Assembly (NCBI GenBank): GCA_963713045.1
Contig: CAVQKE010000007.1
Span: forward strand, 128,001 to 192,000
Direction of reading: 5' to 3'
DNA length: 64,000 nt
Source of the DNA: an uncultured delta proteobacterium
GTDB lineage: Bacteria; Myxococcota; Myxococcia; Myxococcales; Myxococcaceae
A program made the translations under genes and the position numbers. Within the stretch, counting starts at the first letter, position 1. Each line of letters opens with the position of its first letter. A model generated the notes under the pieces. That model did not search any database and had not been told where the DNA came from. It worked only from the letters and a program-made list of their open reading frames with translations. Shown in pieces: positions 1 through 10,502 of this stretch.

Positions 1-438
1 CAGCGCTTCTTCGACGCCGGCCGCGCGCTGGCTGTCCTTGTGGAGGAGCTGCGCCCAGTGCAGCGCCGTCCGGGCAAGCTGATGTTCCGTGGGGTCGTCC
101 ACCAGCGCCTCGGCCAGGGCGAGGTAATCCTCTCCCAGGCCGGCACCGCCGCGCTGCTCGCGCTCGCGCTCCAGCGAGGTGAAGACGGCGCGGTAGCGGC
201 GTTGCGCAAAAAGCTCGCGCCGCAGCTGCTGAAGCAGCGAGGCGTCCTCCGGGTCGGCGCGGGTGGCCTGCTGGAAGCAAAGAATGGCGCGGTCCCGACG
301 GCCCAGCTTTCCGCCATACACCTCAGCCGCTTCCAGGAAGAAGGCAGCGGCCGCCGAGCCTCGCGTCCGTACGGCACGCTGCAGCAGGGCCTCGGCCTCC
401 TCCTCAAAGGAACGCTGAGCGCGGGATGTGGGCTCCAT
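1..438 (-). CDS. TPR-type protein, N-terminal part (runs off window); possibly the large GltI/AgmK-like gliding protein
   Basis: Hand-translated from ATG at 438: MEPTSRAQRSFEEEAEALLQRA...RDRAILCFQQATRADPED...; open to base 1; helical TPR-like pattern; downstream of the glt genes. Confidence 0.6.
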   Translation of the reverse strand, partial: MEPTSRAQRSFEEEAEALLQRAVRTRGSAAAAFFLEAAEVYGGKLGRRDRAILCFQQATRADPEDASLLQQLRRELFAQRRYRAVFTSLEREREQRGGAGLGEDYLALAEALVDDPTEHQLARTALHWAQLLHKDSQRAAGVEEAL

Positions 439-545
439 CGGCGGTGCGAAGCGGGTGCCCCACAGGAGGCTCTCCGGGCCCAGCGTGGCCGAGAGGGCCC
501 TCTCCGGGCGCGGGCGGGCAGTCTACCGTCCGCGGATTTGTTCAA

Positions 546-2345
546 TCAAACAGCCGGTGTGGTCCCGTTGGCCGTTTCCGCTTCGGGTGCGCCGTCGGTG
601 TGTGCATCCTCCGCAGGCGGCGGCGGTGGCACGGACGGCGGCGTCGCCTCCAGCCGCTCCGCGGCCGCGTCATCCCCAGCGCGGCGGTACAGGCGAATGG
701 CCTGGTCGCGGTGCCCTGAAGCCTCGGCAAAGGCAGCCGCCTTGGCGAAGTCGCCCAGGGCTTCCAGCAGGGGGTAAGCGCGGTCCTTGCGTTCGGCCTC
801 CTCCCAGGCGACTGCCGCTTCGGCCTTGCGTCCAAGCAAGTCCAACCAGCGCGCCTGAGGGGACAGCTTGCCCTCCGTCTTGGCCGTGGCCAGTTCGGCC
901 TCTGCCAGCGCCCGGGCCTCCTCCTTCAGCTTCAGCTGTTCCAGAAAGCGGAAGGCCTTGGTGGCGGGCAGGGCCTTCAACACCTCGGCCGCCTCCGCCC
1001 GGCGGTGGCTTTGGACCAGCACTTGCGCCGCACCCAGGCGGTCGCCGCGCTCCACCAGGCGCTGGACTTCCAGCGCCCGCACGCGCTCAGCGCCCGCCGT
1101 GTCGCGGGCCCTTTCATACGCCTTGCGGGCCAGCCCCAGCTTCCCGGCGCGCTCCCAGGCCAGGGCGGCCTGGTCGAATTGGCGCGCCCTTTCATACAGC
1201 TTGGCGACGTCGTCGAAGGCATGGCCCTTGACAAGCAACTCCATCAACAATTCCCAAGCCTCGGCGCGCTCCAGCTGGGCACGGGCTTCGGCGGCGGGCA
1301 TCGCCTGGGCCAAGCGGCGCGCCGCCTCCATGTCCTTGGCGGCCAGTGCGGCGCGCAGCGCGCCCTTGGTGTCTCCGCCCGCTTCGTACAGCTTCAGGGC
1401 TTCGGAGGGCTCGCCGTGCTTTTCGTAGAAGTGGGCTGCGTCGCGGGTGCGGCCACGGCTGGCCATGGCTTGCGCCTGCGCCTTCCAGTCGCCGGGGGCA
1501 ATGGGGGCTTGGGGGGCGTGCCGGGACGCGGTGCTTGGGACGCGCGGGGCCCGCGCCTCGCGGCCCTTGCGAATGCCCCGGGCTGCGCTGGGGACACGGG
1601 CCGCTTCTGGCTTGGCCAGTGGGGCCTCGGCCTGGGCCAATTCCTCAGCGGAGGGCGTCCTGCCGGCCAGGCTGAAGGCAGCCTCGGCCCGCTCGGCTTC
1701 GTGCACGGCCAGCCAAGCCAGCCCCACCCGGTACAGGACGTCCGCATAGCGCTGGGCTGCCGTCACCTGCGGCGCGGGGGGGGGCGCCTCGCTGGGTGCC
1801 GCCGCTTCCGGTGCCGCGGTCGCTTCATTGGACGGCGCGGCCGACGCCTCAGCCGGGTCCGCCTCTGCAGGCGCCTCGGCCTCGGGGGGCGCGGGTGTCT
1901 CCTCGGCGGTGGCCTCGGCCGGCGTCTCGGCTTCGGAAGCGGGCGGTGCCTCGGACGAAACCGCAGCCGGTGCCTCATCGCCGGCGGGGGTTTCCGCCGC
2001 TGCGGGGGCTGCCGTCGCCTCCGCAGAAGCCTTGGGCTGACGGCTGACCCTCAGAAGGGTGGTGATGAGGCGTCCCCGGGCATTGGCCTCCAACTCCGCC
2101 AGGGCCCGGACGTGCAGCGTCCGCAGCTGACGGACGACTTCGTCCAAAGGCCGCAGTTGCCCTTCCAAGTCCCCCTTGCCGAGGGCCTTTTCTATATTGG
2201 ACAGCTCGACAACGACGCGGTGGCCGCCGCCGGCCGGGGCACGTTCATCCCGTCGGCCCTTGCCTGCTGGCCGGCCGTCGCGGCCGCGGTCGCGTTCGCC
2301 GCCGCGCGGGCCCCGGCTGGGGCCCTGTGGTACGTGAGAAGTCAC
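546..2345 (-). CDS. Conserved TPR/alpha-solenoid protein in the gliding-motility cluster, with an Ala/Glu/Pro-rich linker
   Basis: ORF 546..2720 trimmed to GTG at 2345 to avoid overlap with the upstream gene; repeats such as AKLYERARQFDQAALAWERAG. Confidence 0.7.
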   Translation of the reverse strand: MTSHVPQGPSRGPRGGERDRGRDGRPAGKGRRDERAPAGGGHRVVVELSNIEKALGKGDLEGQLRPLDEVVRQLRTLHVRALAELEANARGRLITTLLRVSRQPKASAEATAAPAAAETPAGDEAPAAVSSEAPPASEAETPAEATAEETPAPPEAEAPAEADPAEASAAPSNEATAAPEAAAPSEAPPPAPQVTAAQRYADVLYRVGLAWLAVHEAERAEAAFSLAGRTPSAEELAQAEAPLAKPEAARVPSAARGIRKGREARAPRVPSTASRHAPQAPIAPGDWKAQAQAMASRGRTRDAAHFYEKHGEPSEALKLYEAGGDTKGALRAALAAKDMEAARRLAQAMPAAEARAQLERAEAWELLMELLVKGHAFDDVAKLYERARQFDQAALAWERAGKLGLARKAYERARDTAGAERVRALEVQRLVERGDRLGAAQVLVQSHRRAEAAEVLKALPATKAFRFLEQLKLKEEARALAEAELATAKTEGKLSPQARWLDLLGRKAEAAVAWEEAERKDRAYPLLEALGDFAKAAAFAEASGHRDQAIRLYRRAGDDAAAERLEATPPSVPPPPPAEDAHTDGAPEAETANGTTPAV

Positions 2346-2485
2346 TGCCTGGCCCCTGGTTTCGCCTGCAAAGGGGGCAGCACATAGCAGCCTCGGGCGG
2401 CGGAGGGCCAGCTTCCTTAGTCCGTTCCTTAGTCCGTCCGTCGGCCGGGGGCGCCGCGCACAGCCCGGGGAAAGCCCTGGGCCCT

Positions 2486-3145
2486 TTAGAAGGCGTAGCG
2501 GATGTTGGGCGTCACCTGGAAGCCCCACTCGTCGCTTTTGCCGAGGAAGGTGCCGTCCACTTCGATGCCAATGCTGAAGTGCCGCAGGTGCGTGTAGTAC
2601 TGCACGCCTAAGCCGGCGAAGGCGTACAGCGCCGAATAAGAAGACGTCGCCGGGGTGGGGGTAAACAGTGCAGTCGGTTGGAAGAAGGCCCAGCCGGCGC
2701 CCGCCTTCAGGTAAAGCCACGTCCGCTGGACGCCTTGGGAGTCGGCGAAGCCGAGGAAATTGACGCGAACGTCGAGGCCGGGAATCAGCTGGGTGAAGGC
2801 CCCGGAGGCCACGCCGTTGGAAAAGCCGATGTAGTCCGAGCCGGCACCGTAGGCGGCAAAGGCCCCAAACAGGGCCACCGTCACGTAGCGGCCAATGTCA
2901 TAGCCCGCTTCCAGCCGCAGCATCAGCCCCCAGGAGGAGGGGGAAGGCGTTCCCGGGGCGGCCGGCAAACCGCCGAGGAAGGACACCCCCACATCGGCGC
3001 CCAGGTAGAAGCCGCGCTCCACTTCGTCAACCGGCGCTTCCTTTTCGATGAGGGGGGCCGCGCCAGCGGCCTGGCTCTGGGCCAATGCCGCCGTTGGCGC
3101 AATCGCCCCGAGCAGCGCCACACCGAAGAGCAGCGTTCGACGCAT
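2486..3145 (-). CDS. cglE: Adventurous gliding outer-membrane beta-barrel protein CglE/GltH
   Basis: Signal peptide; EVERGFYLGA, YYTHLRHFSIG; C-terminal IRYAF barrel signature; immediately downstream of gltG. Confidence 0.8.
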   Translation of the reverse strand: MRRTLLFGVALLGAIAPTAALAQSQAAGAAPLIEKEAPVDEVERGFYLGADVGVSFLGGLPAAPGTPSPSSWGLMLRLEAGYDIGRYVTVALFGAFAAYGAGSDYIGFSNGVASGAFTQLIPGLDVRVNFLGFADSQGVQRTWLYLKAGAGWAFFQPTALFTPTPATSSYSALYAFAGLGVQYYTHLRHFSIGIEVDGTFLGKSDEWGFQVTPNIRYAF

Positions 3146-3164
3146 CCAGAACTCTCCCACCGGC

Positions 3165-5090
3165 TTACGCCCCGGGTTCCTTGAAGACGAACGGGTACGT
3201 CACCACCGCCACCCCGCCGCCCTTGGGCTTGGGGAACACCCAGGTCAGGACTCGGCCAGCGACGCAGGTATCCAACTCGTTGTTGCCGGTGGTGGTTTGG
3301 ATGACAACCGAGGAGGAGACGGTGCCCTGTTCCGTCACCACCCACTTCACCGCCACCTTTCCGGACAGCCTGGGGTTTTTGGTGAGCTGCACTTCATAGC
3401 AGTACTTCAGCTGGTCGAGGTGGCTGCGCACCACGCGGCGGATGAGTTCGCGGTCGATGGAGCCGGTAATTTCCGGCTCGCTGGCGGCGATGGCGATGTC
3501 GGCCGTCTTCTTACCGCCGAGGCCGACGCCGGTGCCGTAGCTGCCTTGCCCGCCCGCCACGCCCTTGGTGCCGACGGACCCGATGCCCAGGGTGTTGCCG
3601 GTGCCGCCGCCCCCACCGCCGCCGCCCTTCAATCCCATGCCCAACACGCCCCCCGCGTCCCCGACGGTGGTGCCTTTGATGCCGCCCAGGGCCGCCTGCA
3701 GTGCTCCGCCCAACCCATTGGTCCCAAAGAGGGTGGCCACACCGTTGGGGCCTTTGCCGCCGAAAATCTTCTGGGCAATGAGGCGAGCCTGGTCCTTGCT
3801 GTTGGGGTCAATGGCCTTGGGCGCTGACTTGGTGTTGCGCTCGGGCGCATTGCGGCGGCCCGACTTGCCCTCGTCACCCTTGTAGGCAGCCGCGGCCTGA
3901 GCGCCGGCCTCCTTCGACTTGTTGAGCTGCTGGATGAGCGGGTTCTTCTGCATCTCCGGCGGCTTAATCAACAGCTTGGTGAGGACGGCGTTGTCGGCGG
4001 AAAGTTCGTCGGCATATTCATCGCCGGCGGCGGCACGGTTGAGGGTCGCCACCAACCCGACCGCGCCGAGGAAGAAGACCAGCAGGAAAATGTTGAGGGC
4101 CGTCCAGTCGACGCGCTGCGACCAGGGGACCGCCACCTTTTCCGGAACCGGCGTGAAGCACACGTCCAGGACGAGGCGGCCGACCTGCACCCGGGCCACG
4201 TCGCTGTTTTCCATGGGGATGGCGTAGGCCTCGCCATCCCGATGGGCGATGCCCTGTTCCGGCGTTCGAGAGAGGGGGACAGCTTGCCCCTTGCGCTCCA
4301 GCTCCCCGGCCATTTTTCCGCCGAAGCGTAAGACGAAATTCTGTCCGTCACCCTTCACCACGTCGAAGGGGTCGACCGGAAGGGATGCCTCCCCGACGTC
4401 GAAAGTGGCCGCTGGCGAGCTGCCGACGCTGATGGCCCCTTTGAAGCCTGGTTGCAGGTACCTCTCACCGAGAATTTGGTCTCCCCAGCGCAGCCGGACC
4501 TCCAGCCCCAGGGGGCCAGTCCCGGCGCGCCGGGAGGGCTGCAGTCGGGCGTCGGCGCGCGCTGCTGGTGTCGGTGCCGCCCGTGGGACGGCGCGGGCCG
4601 GCTGCACAGGCTCGCGGACGACGGGCCGGCGCGCTTCCACCGGCTCCACCACCGGAGGCTGCACATAGGACTGGGCCGGGACAGCGGCCGACTGGGCCAG
4701 TGTCGCGGCGGCGGTGGCCCGGACGGCGTCTGCCGTCGGGGGTGGCGGGGCCGGGCGGGACACCGCTTGGGGAGGCGAGGCGGTAACCGGGGCGGGCGTC
4801 TCGATGCGGATGGTGGTGTTGCCGAGGCGAATCTCATCCCCGAAGGCGATGGCGCCCTTGTTCACCCGCTTGCCGTTGACGTAGGTGCCTTCGACGCTGC
4901 CCATGTCGATGATGGACAGCCGGCCGTCGGGCGCCACTTCAATGACCGAGTGGATGCGCGACACCTTGTCATCATCCAGACAGAGGTGGGCCGAGGCGAG
5001 TCGGCCGATTTTGATGATGTCGCGGTCGTAGTCCCGCGAGGCGACCAAGGCGCCGCTCTTGAAGACCTTGAGGGTGAGAGGGACGGGCAC
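3165..5090 (-). CDS. gltG: Gliding motility protein GltG (FHA domain, TM helix, TonB-C-like domain)
   Basis: FHA motif IKIGR...VSRIHS...DMGSVEGTYVNG; TM helix; C-terminal IDRELIRRVVRSH...YCYE...FPKPKGGGVAVVTYPF. Confidence 0.9.
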   Translation of the reverse strand: MPVPLTLKVFKSGALVASRDYDRDIIKIGRLASAHLCLDDDKVSRIHSVIEVAPDGRLSIIDMGSVEGTYVNGKRVNKGAIAFGDEIRLGNTTIRIETPAPVTASPPQAVSRPAPPPPTADAVRATAAATLAQSAAVPAQSYVQPPVVEPVEARRPVVREPVQPARAVPRAAPTPAARADARLQPSRRAGTGPLGLEVRLRWGDQILGERYLQPGFKGAISVGSSPAATFDVGEASLPVDPFDVVKGDGQNFVLRFGGKMAGELERKGQAVPLSRTPEQGIAHRDGEAYAIPMENSDVARVQVGRLVLDVCFTPVPEKVAVPWSQRVDWTALNIFLLVFFLGAVGLVATLNRAAAGDEYADELSADNAVLTKLLIKPPEMQKNPLIQQLNKSKEAGAQAAAAYKGDEGKSGRRNAPERNTKSAPKAIDPNSKDQARLIAQKIFGGKGPNGVATLFGTNGLGGALQAALGGIKGTTVGDAGGVLGMGLKGGGGGGGGTGNTLGIGSVGTKGVAGGQGSYGTGVGLGGKKTADIAIAASEPEITGSIDRELIRRVVRSHLDQLKYCYEVQLTKNPRLSGKVAVKWVVTEQGTVSSSVVIQTTTGNNELDTCVAGRVLTWVFPKPKGGGVAVVTYPFVFKEPGA

Positions 5091-5104
5091 GGCGCGGGCC
5101 TCTC

Positions 5105-5368
5105 TTACAGCTCGTCCACCGACTGCATCACCTTCTCGTGAAATTCTTCCCGAATTTTGATGAGGTTCGAGTGCTTCACCTTGGACGCGGTGTCGATGTA
5201 TTCGCCGTCAGGGCGCGTCAAGTCACCCTGGATGGTTTCGTCTTCAAAGTTAATCACCGTCTGCTTGGACGCCGCCGAGCCGGTCGAGGCCGGTTCAGCC
5301 GTCTTCGACTCTTGCGCCGCGGCAGTCCCGCCGACAGCAAGCGCAAGCACCAGGAGCCAGTGCCTCAT
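5105..5368 (-). CDS. gltF: Gliding motility protein GltF/CglF
   Basis: Small secreted protein with INFEDETIQGDLTRPDGEY...HSNLIKIREEF; between gltE and gltG. Confidence 0.88.
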   Translation of the reverse strand: MRHWLLVLALAVGGTAAAQESKTAEPASTGSAASKQTVINFEDETIQGDLTRPDGEYIDTASKVKHSNLIKIREEFHEKVMQSVDEL

Positions 5369-5472
5369 GCAGCGTTCCATGCTACCCCAAGAGGTTCCAC
5401 ACTGCCCAAAGCGCTCTCTCATGCCCTTCGCCACATGAGCCTACACAGCCAGGGCCCCCGTGGGGAGTGGAG

Positions 5473-6747
5473 TCAGGGGTGGGCTGGGGCCGCGGGCGCT
5501 GGCTTTGCCGGCGGAGGCGCCGCGGCCGGCGCTGGCATGCGGGCCTGGTCTTCCACGCGGCGGGCCTCGGCCTTGGCGCGCACCATCTGCTCGGCCTCCC
5601 GTCGAAGCGCGGGCAAAGGGGAAGTGTCTGGCACTGCCTGCTCTCCGCCCAACACTTCCACGTAGCGCTTGTACTGTTCCAGTGCGCGGTCCGGAGCGCC
5701 CTTCATCCGCTGCAGCAGAATGCCCCGGTCCAGGTACACCGCCGCCAGACGGCCGTTGAGACGTTCCGCTGCGTCGTAGGCGGCCAGTGCCTTGTCCGCC
5801 TGCCCCAGGCCTTTGTAGGCCACGCCCAGCGCAAGCTCGACTTCGGCCGTCCCTCCTCCGGCCTCGGTGAGGCGCCGCAGCGCATTCTCGGCCGCGGCGT
5901 AGTCCTGCGCGGCCAAGGCGAGGCGGGCCAGTTCCAGGAGCGCCCCGCGCTCGTCCGGCTTCACCTCCAAGGCCTTCTTGAATTGGACGGCGGCTTGGTC
6001 TGGCTGGCCCTCGGCCAGCTGCACTTGGCCGAGCAGCACGTACATCTCGGCATTCTTCTCATCCAGTTTGAGGGCCCGGAGGCCCACCAGCTTGGCCAGG
6101 GAATACTGCTTCCGGTCGAGGTCACTGCGCAGCATCACCTTGTAGGCGGGGATGCTTTTCGGGTCGCGAATCAACGCCTGCCGCGCGTAGTCCAGGCACC
6201 TCTCATGGTCTCCACTCAGCCGGTACAGCTCGGCCAGCGCCACCCGGGAGGGCGCGTCGTCGGGAAATTTCTCGGCGATGTCCGTCCACTGGGCGATGGC
6301 CGACGGGTAGTCGCCCTGTTCTCCGGTGAGGCGGGCCAGGGCCTCGGCGGCCGCCTTCAGCGAGGGCTTCTTGTCCAGCGCCGAACGGTAGAGGAGGAAG
6401 GCCTGCTCGCGCTTGCCCTGGCGTTCGGCCAACACCGCCAGGTTGAAGTCCGCCTCGGCCAGGCGGGGGTCCGCCATCCGGGCGGCGTCATACTTGCGTT
6501 CCAGCGCCGCCGCGTCGGGATGACTGGCCTTGGCTTGGGCGGCGGCGGTTTGGTTGGCGTCGTCAAACAGCGCCAGGGCGTGGCTGCTCAGCCCGCCGTC
6601 GGGTTGCTGGGCCACGCTTCCCGGTGCGGGCGGCGGAGCCTTCGCCGGCGACGTCGCCTCCGGGGCCGGGGGCCCGGACGTGGCGCAGCCGCACAGGGCG
6701 GCCAGGCCCAGCGCCGCCCAAAAGCGCTGAGACAGGGCCCTCGTCAT
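5473..6747 (-). CDS. gltE: Gliding TPR lipoprotein GltE/AglT
   Basis: Lipobox LCGC; multiple TPRs; synteny gltD-gltE-gltF-gltG. Confidence 0.85.
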   Translation of the reverse strand: MTRALSQRFWAALGLAALCGCATSGPPAPEATSPAKAPPPAPGSVAQQPDGGLSSHALALFDDANQTAAAQAKASHPDAAALERKYDAARMADPRLAEADFNLAVLAERQGKREQAFLLYRSALDKKPSLKAAAEALARLTGEQGDYPSAIAQWTDIAEKFPDDAPSRVALAELYRLSGDHERCLDYARQALIRDPKSIPAYKVMLRSDLDRKQYSLAKLVGLRALKLDEKNAEMYVLLGQVQLAEGQPDQAAVQFKKALEVKPDERGALLELARLALAAQDYAAAENALRRLTEAGGGTAEVELALGVAYKGLGQADKALAAYDAAERLNGRLAAVYLDRGILLQRMKGAPDRALEQYKRYVEVLGGEQAVPDTSPLPALRREAEQMVRAKAEARRVEDQARMPAPAAAPPPAKPAPAAPAHP

Positions 6748-9700
6748 GGGGGCGGCTCCTCCGGCTCTCGGTCGGCGTTGCCCGCGCTGGGCGTCGCCAG
6801 GGGCGCCGGTGCGGCCGGGGCATCATGCGGCCGCTGGCCAGGTTTGAGGTCCGTGGCGGCGTCCTCGCGCGTGGCACCGGCCGGCAGGGCCGCCGTCTTC
6901 TGGCCGCCATTGGGCCGTGCGGTGGGGAAGCCGGCGTGCGGCCCTTTCAACACCACGCCGGGGACGGCGGGTTGCACTTGCACCAGCAGGGCGGGTGCCC
7001 GCGGCGCATGGGGCGGGAGGCTGAGGGCCACCAGCTCCTCCGGCATCGGGGGAAACTGGTCCTGACTGTAGGAGGAGCGCAACAGCTTCAGGCTGCGCGT
7101 TGAGCATGCGTTGGAAATGGACAGCTCGCGACTCTTGGCCACCGCGGCGGCGAAGGCGACACCCGCCTTCTCCTTCACCGGCTCAGCCTGCTGGGCCAGC
7201 TGGTCCTTCAGGGCTTCCTGCGCCTCGGGGGGGAGAAATTTGGGGGCCGGCGCGTTGCTGATGCTTTCCGCCATGTTTTCGTAGGCCAGGCCAATTTTCT
7301 CCAAGGCGCAGATGGCCGGGCCGCCGGCTTTGAAGGCGACGGTGGCCGTGTACAGTCGGTTGATTTCGTCCAGGGCGCGCGTCTTCACCGCAAGGCTGTC
7401 TTTGAATTCCCGGGTGGGGTCCGGGGCCCGGCCCCAGCGCAGCTTGAGGTGGGTGTAGTATTCAAATTGCTCTTCATTCTTCCAAAGCGAGGCCCGTGCC
7501 ACCGCCTCCAGCGCCGGCGCTTCTAAAGTGCTCTTCACCCTTGAGGGAAGCTTGTCGTAGTAGTCCAGCACCTGTTTGTTGGTGCGGGCCAGGGCGCGCG
7601 CGTCCTTCAGCCGCGCCTCCTGAATGACTTGGATGCGGGCCATGGCGGCCAGCACCTTGTTCGGGTCGCGCTGGTTGTCGCGAACGCGCTCCTCCAGGAA
7701 GGCCACTGCCTTGGCGTTCTGGCCGGTCCTCTCATACAGCTCAGCGATGGAGAGGTTGACGGCGTCGGCGTCCTTGGCGTTCGGAAAAAGCTCCAGGTAC
7801 AGCTCGCGGTCCCTGAGGCTGGCCTTCAACTGGGCCAGCCCCTCCCGGTAGACGGCGGCGTTGTAAAGCCCAATTTGGGCCTTGGACTCCTCCCACACCG
7901 GGCCACTCTTCGGGGGCGGCTCGGCGGCGACTGCCTTGCCCTTCTTCCCCTTCTTGGCGTGGGCCCCTTTCTTGGTGGCCGGCGCCGGCGCGCGGCTCTG
8001 CTGGTAGCCCTGGACGTAAGCTTCGTAAGCGTCGGCTGCCCTTTCAAAGTCTCCGATGGATTCATACCCCTCGGCGTTGGCCCAGATGCACAACGGGACC
8101 AGCGGACTTTTGGGGTAATTTTTGAAGAGGCGCTCGCGGGTTTCCAGCGCCTTTTCGAAGAGGTGGGCTTTGAAGAAGTCGACCGAGGCGTTGTACAGCG
8201 CCTTGTCGGCAATCTCCGTCCGGGGGAAGTCCCGGACGAAGGAGAGGTAGGCCTCGGCGGCCTGCGCATACTCCCCCTTCTGCTCCAGCTGGGCGACCAG
8301 CTTGAAGGAGGACTGTTCGATAATTTTTGAGAGGTCTTCGCGGAACTTGCCGGTGGCCAGCTTGTCGTTGGCGTAGAAGCGCCGCGCCCATTCATTCACC
8401 TTCTGGTAGTTGCCGAGGCCGTTGTAAGAATCGAGGACCAGGTTGGCGGCGATTTCCCCGGCGCGGTCCCCATTGTCGAATTTGTAGTCCGGGTAGCGCA
8501 GCGCAATTTCGCTGAAGCGAGCCACCGCCTCGTCATAGCGGTGGTATTCGTAGTAGATGCGCGCCGCCTTGTAGGCCACCTCCACCCGCTTCTCGCCGTT
8601 GGGCAGGTATTTGAGGTACCTCTCGCAGGCGTCGAGCAATTCCTTCTTCACCGGGGGAATGGGCAGGGGCTTGGTAAGGTCGGTGCTGGACTCGGCCTTC
8701 AATTCGCCGCGCTCCTCGGCCCGCTTCACCACCTCGTCCCAGGCGTACACCGAGTCATAGGCGGCCAGTGCCAGCCACTTGCCAGCCGGCTGCGGCTTCA
8801 CCGTCCAGGCACCGGAGGCGTCCTTCTGACCCTCGATGCGCTGCGCGTCCTGCTTCACCACCAGGGTGTACTGCACCGCCGCCTTGTCAAAGCGGTGCAG
8901 GTTGTCGTGCAGCAGCTCGGCCCAGAAGAACCGCATGGTGTAGGCCTTGGAATTGTCCGGGAAGAGGGCCAGGTAGTCGCCGTACACTTCGTCGGTGGCG
9001 GCGAAGGTGTCGTCATCGCGCGTCTTCTTGCCCTCGTTGTGCCAGTTGATGGCCAGGGCTGAGAGGATGGCCTCGGAGCGCTTCTTGGCGTCGCTTAAGG
9101 CCTTCTTGTCGGCGGCGGACTTGACGTTGCCGCTCTTCTCCACGTCGCCAATAATTTTCACCAGCCGGCGTACCTGGGCGACGGTGGCCTTCTTGTTCCC
9201 CTCCCGCAGGACGCAGTCGACAATCAGCGCCTGGAAGCCGGGCGCCTCCGGGCTGAGCGGCCTCTCTTTAATGAGGAGGTAATAGGCGAGGGCTGCCGAG
9301 CGGTCGTTGCCGTTGTCGTAGTAGAGGTTGGCCAGCGTCTTGTACATCTCCCACAAGTCATCCGGATTGTGGGCCACCTCGGGGAAGACGACGCGGGACT
9401 GCTCGGGGGTGCCGCCGGAGCGCTCATAGGCACGGACGAAGTCCCGACGGGCCTCGCGAATGAGGGCCGACTTCCCCTTGGCGCCGCCCACCTTTTCCAG
9501 CGCGGCCGCGCCGGAGAATTCGCCGTAGAGAACCACCGCCTTCCACAAGTCCATCGCTTTGGAGTAGGCGGCCAGGTTGAAGTAGCACCAGCCCTCCTTG
9601 TAGAGGGCGAAGGCGTAGACGTTGCTGTCGACGTAGCTGGCGGCCTTCTTGTAGTTGTCGAGGGCCTTGGTGAGGAATTCGCGCTTGGCCCGGCTGTTGT

Positions 9701-10355
9701 TGAAGTAGTACTCGCCGAAGGCGAGGTAGGCGTCGGGGAGGTACTTGGACTTGGGGTACTTCTCGACCAGGCGGTTGTAGGCCACCAGCGCCTTGCGCTC
9801 CTCGCCCATCTCCATCAAGTCGTAGCCCAAGTAGTAGAGCACCTCGTCGGTGCGCTCGAAGTCTTTGTAGCGCTGGACAATCTCGGTGTAGGTGTCGATG
9901 GCCTTGTTGGCGTAGAGGTCGCGCTGGGTGCCGAGCTGCTCCTTCTGCGCACGGGCCTGCGCCTCGGCCGTCTTGTCCTTGGCCTGCAGGGCGCGAATCA
10001 AGTCGTCGTCCTTGCGGCTGGCCTCGAAGAAATAGTAGCGGGACTCCTCCCAGTAGAGGTCGGCCAGCCGAAAGAGGAGGCTCGGCTGCTCCTTGGGGTC
10101 AGGGGAGAGCTCGATAATTTTCTTCAGCGACTCAATCTGCTCTCGCCGCTTGTCGGCCACCTGGAGTTCAATGCCCAGCCGGAATTCGTCGTACTGCATC
10201 GGTGCGCCGGCGGTTTCCTGCTTCTGCCGGCTGAGGTCGCCGGCCAAAGACGTGTCGACGTCGGTGGTGCTCTTCTTGCCGAGGCCGGGCGCCTCCTTGC
10301 CCTGGGCCCACGCCGGGCCGGAGATGAGGACCAAGAGGAGGATGAGACGGCGCAT
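6744..10355 (-). CDS. gltD: Gliding TPR protein GltD/AgmU
   Basis: ~1200 aa; signal peptide MRRLILLLVL; LFRLADLYWEES and many TPRs; ATGA overlap with gltE. Confidence 0.88.
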   Translation of the reverse strand: MRRLILLLVLISGPAWAQGKEAPGLGKKSTTDVDTSLAGDLSRQKQETAGAPMQYDEFRLGIELQVADKRREQIESLKKIIELSPDPKEQPSLLFRLADLYWEESRYYFFEASRKDDDLIRALQAKDKTAEAQARAQKEQLGTQRDLYANKAIDTYTEIVQRYKDFERTDEVLYYLGYDLMEMGEERKALVAYNRLVEKYPKSKYLPDAYLAFGEYYFNNSRAKREFLTKALDNYKKAASYVDSNVYAFALYKEGWCYFNLAAYSKAMDLWKAVVLYGEFSGAAALEKVGGAKGKSALIREARRDFVRAYERSGGTPEQSRVVFPEVAHNPDDLWEMYKTLANLYYDNGNDRSAALAYYLLIKERPLSPEAPGFQALIVDCVLREGNKKATVAQVRRLVKIIGDVEKSGNVKSAADKKALSDAKKRSEAILSALAINWHNEGKKTRDDDTFAATDEVYGDYLALFPDNSKAYTMRFFWAELLHDNLHRFDKAAVQYTLVVKQDAQRIEGQKDASGAWTVKPQPAGKWLALAAYDSVYAWDEVVKRAEERGELKAESSTDLTKPLPIPPVKKELLDACERYLKYLPNGEKRVEVAYKAARIYYEYHRYDEAVARFSEIALRYPDYKFDNGDRAGEIAANLVLDSYNGLGNYQKVNEWARRFYANDKLATGKFREDLSKIIEQSSFKLVAQLEQKGEYAQAAEAYLSFVRDFPRTEIADKALYNASVDFFKAHLFEKALETRERLFKNYPKSPLVPLCIWANAEGYESIGDFERAADAYEAYVQGYQQSRAPAPATKKGAHAKKGKKGKAVAAEPPPKSGPVWEESKAQIGLYNAAVYREGLAQLKASLRDRELYLELFPNAKDADAVNLSIAELYERTGQNAKAVAFLEERVRDNQRDPNKVLAAMARIQVIQEARLKDARALARTNKQVLDYYDKLPSRVKSTLEAPALEAVARASLWKNEEQFEYYTHLKLRWGRAPDPTREFKDSLAVKTRALDEINRLYTATVAFKAGGPAICALEKIGLAYENMAESISNAPAPKFLPPEAQEALKDQLAQQAEPVKEKAGVAFAAAVAKSRELSISNACSTRSLKLLRSSYSQDQFPPMPEELVALSLPPHAPRAPALLVQVQPAVPGVVLKGPHAGFPTARPNGGQKTAALPAGATREDAATDLKPGQRPHDAPAAPAPLATPSAGNADREPEEPPP

Positions 10356-10502
10356 GCGGACCTTCAGCAGAAGGCGGCCCGCTGTCGGGCGGCCGGGCAA
10401 ACCGTTGACTGGCCAGGAGAATTTACCGACACGGACGGCGAATCATCCACACAAGGCCCAGCGCCCGTCAACGTTCTCGCCGCCTTCGATGGAGGGCCGG
10501 GT

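Noticed and set aside
1760..2040. Ala/Glu/Pro-rich repetitive stretch
   Set aside because: Low-complexity linker inside a coding region, common in myxobacterial proteins
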